A stretch of DNA of 64,000 nucleotides from an uncultured Flavobacteriales bacterium (GTDB lineage: Bacteria; Bacteroidota; Bacteroidia; Palsa-965), in NCBI GenBank assembly GCA_937974275.1, contig CALJIF010000055.1, positions 23,290-87,289 on the forward strand, given 5' to 3'. A program made the translations under genes and the position numbers. Shown piece after piece: positions 61,709 to 64,000 of this stretch. The first letter of the stretch is position 1. The number at the start of each line of letters is the position of its first letter. The notes under the pieces were generated by a model. It worked only from the letters and a program-made list of their open reading frames with translations. It had not been told where the DNA came from and searched no databases.

Positions 61709-62176
61709 ATGAACGCACAAGATCTCATCAACCGCTTACAATTGTTACCGCATCCCGAAGGAGGATTTTATAAAGAAATTTACCGCTCGGAAACCGGTTG
61801 CAATTACGAAAGTCAGGACCGATCCGTTCTCACAGGCATTTATTTTTTATTGCGTCAAAATGAACACAGCAGATGGCACGTTGTTGATGCAGACGAAGTT
61901 TGGCATTATTACGATGGCGCTCCGCTCGAATTATTTATTGCTTCTCCGGACAGATTGATTTACAATAAAATAATTCTTGGACCGGTTACTGAAGGTTACG
62001 AAGCCTCCTATGTCATTCCCCGCAATTGGTATCAGGCTGCAAGAAGCGCCGGCGAATGGTCGCTATGCGGTTGCAATGTAGCACCCGCATTCAGTTTCGA
62101 TGGATTCCGATTTCTTACTACAGAAGAAGGTGATGCTTTTCGCCTGATTTCCGCGGAAGCCGGCTTGATGGTGTGA
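61709..62176 (+). CDS. cupin-fold protein (DUF985-like)
   Basis: Start at MNAQDLINRLQLLPHPEGGFYKE, which is the conserved DUF985 N-terminus (…L.PHPEGG(Y/F)(Y/F).E). The longer ORF from 61643 would run through a terminator hairpin. Confidence 0.6.
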   Translation: MNAQDLINRLQLLPHPEGGFYKEIYRSETGCNYESQDRSVLTGIYFLLRQNEHSRWHVVDADEVWHYYDGAPLELFIASPDRLIYNKIILGPVTEGYEASYVIPRNWYQAARSAGEWSLCGCNVAPAFSFDGFRFLTTEEGDAFRLISAEAGLMV

Positions 62177-62213
62177 GCCAATCGTTAAAATTTGAAAAAA
62201 ATAAAAATTCAGG

Positions 62214-62248
62214 GTAACATTTCACCAATTCTTGCGTCTTACACATAG
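62214..62248 (+). promoter_or_regulatory. ECF-sigma-type promoter module copy C (GTAAC-N16-CGTC), degenerate
   Basis: GTAACATttcaccaatTCTTGCGTCTTACACATAG, followed 5 nt later by a hairpin. Confidence 0.3.
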
Positions 62249-62317
62249 AAGCGCCTCCCGACAGGGTCAGGTCAGGTTAACGGGAGGTTCTGTTTCTTGC
62301 AATTGGTGTGCAGAACT

Positions 62318-62360
62318 GGGCTGATTCATCTCTACGAATCAGCCCTTTTCATTTTATTTT
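62318..62360 (+). terminator. intrinsic terminator
   Basis: GGGCTGATTC-atctctac-GAATCAGCCC followed by TTTTCATTTTATTTTT. Confidence 0.75.
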
Positions 62361-62443
62361 TCCGTAGGAATTTCATTTCCGGACGCTCGTATTTTTCAGA
62401 AAACCTGTATACTTGCATCCGTATCATTTCAAGCGCTACTATT

Positions 62444-62797
62444 ATGGCACATCACGAGCACGACTCTCACGGACACGACACTGAAGGTAACCGCCAATAT
62501 TATCCTCAGGGATGGCATCTTCCATTAGTCGGATTAGTTGTTATTGCGTTAGCATTCTCATTACTTGCAGGCTGGATTCTGAACATTTCCGGCTCCGACA
62601 AATGGGGTAAACACGACGATCACGCTGTTGTTCACGGACACGGTGATGCGCATGGACACGACAATCATGACGGACACGGACACAGTCAACCGGCCGAAGA
62701 GAAAAAAGCGGAAGGTCAACACACGGATTCAGTGGCTGTTAAACCTGCTGCTGACTCTGCTCATACCGACAGCGTTAAGACAGAAGAGAAGCACTAA
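62444..62797 (+). CDS. histidine-rich single-TM membrane protein (117 aa)
   Basis: Sequence is MAHHEHDSHGHD… then TM helix LPLVGLVVIALAFSLLAGWIL then …HAVVHGHGDAHGHDNHDGHGHS. Followed by an intrinsic terminator. Confidence 0.5.
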   Translation: MAHHEHDSHGHDTEGNRQYYPQGWHLPLVGLVVIALAFSLLAGWILNISGSDKWGKHDDHAVVHGHGDAHGHDNHDGHGHSQPAEEKKAEGQHTDSVAVKPAADSAHTDSVKTEEKH

Positions 62798-62813
62798 AGT
62801 TAACTCCATACGA

Positions 62814-62850
62814 AGAAAGCCATCCCGAAACGGATGGCTTTCTTTATTTA
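62814..62850 (+). terminator. intrinsic terminator
   Basis: GAAAGCCATCC-cgaaac-GGATGGCTTTC followed by TTTATTT, after the His-rich protein gene. Confidence 0.7.
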
Positions 62851-62920
62851 TAGCGTTTCCGTAAACGCGAAAGTGTTAAAATGCGTATTTTTAACCACTA
62901 TAGAATAACACACACAACTT

Positions 62921-64000
62921 ATGAGTAACGTGGCCGCAAAACCAACAGGAATCAGCAGTGAGAAGTGGGCTGAATTTCGTACTGCCGTTCTGAATGATTT
63001 TCGAATTGTGAACGAAAGTCGTGAAGCCAGTTTAACGGGCAGAAAAGAAGTGCTCACCGGCAAAGCGAAGTTTGGAATATTTGGTGATGGCAAAGAATTG
63101 GCGCAAGTGGCGATGGCGAAAGTTTTTCGCAATGGCGATTTTCGTTCCGGATATTATCGTGACCAAACTTTCATGTTCGCGACCGGTAATTTATCCATCC
63201 GTGAGTGGTTTGCCGGATTGTATGCGCACACTGATGTAGATGCAGAACCGTCTTCCGGTGGTCGTCAAATGAATGGTCACTTTTCAACACGCAGTTTAAA
63301 TCCGGACGGCAGTTGGAAAAATCTGATGGAAATGAAAAATTCTTCATCAGACATTTCCCCTACTGGTTCGCAAATGCCACGATTGGTTGGACTTGCACTC
63401 GCATCGAAGCATTATCGTCAAAATCCGCAATTACACGATTCACAGTTTTCCATTTTTTCTAATAAAGGAAATGAAATTGCATTTGGAACCATTGGTGATG
63501 CTTCTACATCTGAAGGATTATTCTGGGAATCCATGAATGCTGCTTCGGTAATGCAAATTCCGATGTTGGTATCTGTTTGGGATGATGGTTACGGGATTTC
63601 CGTTCCTAAAAAATATCAAACTACTAAAGAAAGTATTTCCGAGGCGCTTGCCGGCTTTCAACGTACGGCAGATAAGCCCGGATTCGTGATCTTCAAAACC
63701 AAAGGCTGGGATTATCCGCATTTGGTAGAGACTTACGAGAAAGCGGCAAAAGTTTGTCGCGACGAACACACTCCTGTTCTGGTGCATGTTGAAGAAGTCA
63801 ATCAACCGCAAGGTCACTCTACATCGGGTTCACACGAACGCTACAAAACCAAGGAGCGTTTGCAGTGGGAATTAGATTTTGACTGTGTCAAGAAATTCAA
63901 AGAATGGATTTTAGCCACTAAGTTGGCGACACCGGAAGAGGTAGATGAAATTGAAAAGCAAGCGAAAGAGACGGTTAAAACAGAACGTCGCGCAGCATGG
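62921..64000 (+). CDS. TPP-dependent 2-oxoacid dehydrogenase E1 component (alpha/beta-fused type); 3' end truncated by window edge
   Basis: Translated in-frame to the window end with no stop. TPP-binding region …IAFGTIGDASTSEGLFWESMNAA… and overall E1-alpha-like organisation. Confidence 0.7.
   Translation, partial: MSNVAAKPTGISSEKWAEFRTAVLNDFRIVNESREASLTGRKEVLTGKAKFGIFGDGKELAQVAMAKVFRNGDFRSGYYRDQTFMFATGNLSIREWFAGLYAHTDVDAEPSSGGRQMNGHFSTRSLNPDGSWKNLMEMKNSSSDISPTGSQMPRLVGLALASKHYRQNPQLHDSQFSIFSNKGNEIAFGTIGDASTSEGLFWESMNAASVMQIPMLVSVWDDGYGISVPKKYQTTKESISEALAGFQRTADKPGFVIFKTKGWDYPHLVETYEKAAKVCRDEHTPVLVHVEEVNQPQGHSTSGSHERYKTKERLQWELDFDCVKKFKEWILATKLATPEEVDEIEKQAKETVKTERRAAW

Noticed and set aside
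62254-62287. Possible metal-sensing riboswitch upstream of the His-rich protein gene
   Set aside because: The hairpin CCTCCCG-N20-CGGGAGG has a large unstructured loop. I could not match it to any riboswitch consensus from memory, so it is better described as a terminator or attenuator-like hairpin.
62297-62443. N-terminal extension of the His-rich protein ORF
   Set aside because: The extension spans a strong intrinsic terminator (62318-62360). The start at 62444 (MAHHEHD) is more plausible.

Overview
This 64-kb window looks like chromosomal DNA from a Bacteroidota (Bacteroidetes) genome. Three things point to that: several cargo proteins of the type IX secretion system (T9SS), a PorP/SprF gene, and promoters with the Bacteroidetes -7 element TAnnTTTG rather than a -10/-35 pair. 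Coding density is high and I found no rRNA, tRNA, CRISPR array, transposase or integrase.

Main content in order:
- 3-2288: a 5'-truncated BNR/Asp-box beta-propeller protein with a T9SS type A C-terminal domain (CTD).
- 3746-14906: a tightly packed plus-strand block. It starts with 3-oxoacid CoA-transferase scoA/scoB and continues into a putative lipid-linked periplasmic glycosylation locus: an ArnT/PMT-like GT-C transferase, two GT2 polyprenyl-phosphate sugar synthases, a YfhO-like membrane protein, a SAM methyltransferase and two tandem paralogous ~530-aa membrane proteins.
- 15005-18397: AlkB and an ABC-F ATPase.
- 18437-26586: an M1 aminopeptidase with a T9SS CTD and a 1862-aa alpha-2-macroglobulin with an intact CLEQ thioester.
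- 27514-32943 (minus strand): MoxR AAA+ ATPase downstream of three PpiC/SurA-type periplasmic chaperone genes.
- 33073-35039: small secreted and lipoprotein hypotheticals.
- 35093-41017 (minus strand): a 1738-aa multi-sensor protein (periplasmic Reg_prop/Y_Y_Y propeller, TM block, PAS/GAF, C-terminal PP2C/SpoIIE phosphatase) translationally coupled to a DUF4159-like gene.
- 41075-44556 (minus strand): a small TIMP/NTR-like protein with a Cys-x-Cys N-terminus, then histidine ammonia-lyase (hutH) and histidyl-tRNA synthetase (hisS) overlapping by 4 nt.
- 45397-47067: an EttA-like ABC-F ATPase.
- 47849-49966: an S8 subtilase with a T9SS CTD.
- 50241-51101: a UbiA prenyltransferase.
- 51334-58318: an SprB-repeat adhesin with a T9SS type B CTD, followed by PorP/SprF and an OmpA-family protein.
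- 58322-64000: TerC, PadR plus a PspC-domain protein, a DUF985 cupin, a His-rich small membrane protein, and a 3'-truncated TPP-dependent 2-oxoacid dehydrogenase E1.

The most interesting unexplained signals:
- the multi-GT-C glycosylation locus;
- three copies of an ECF-sigma-type promoter module (GTAAC-N16/17-CGTC), each followed by a terminator-like hairpin, possibly driving sigma-dependent small RNAs or leaders;
- the TIMP-like protein;
- the sensor-PP2C/DUF4159 pair;
- the PPIase-MoxR operon.
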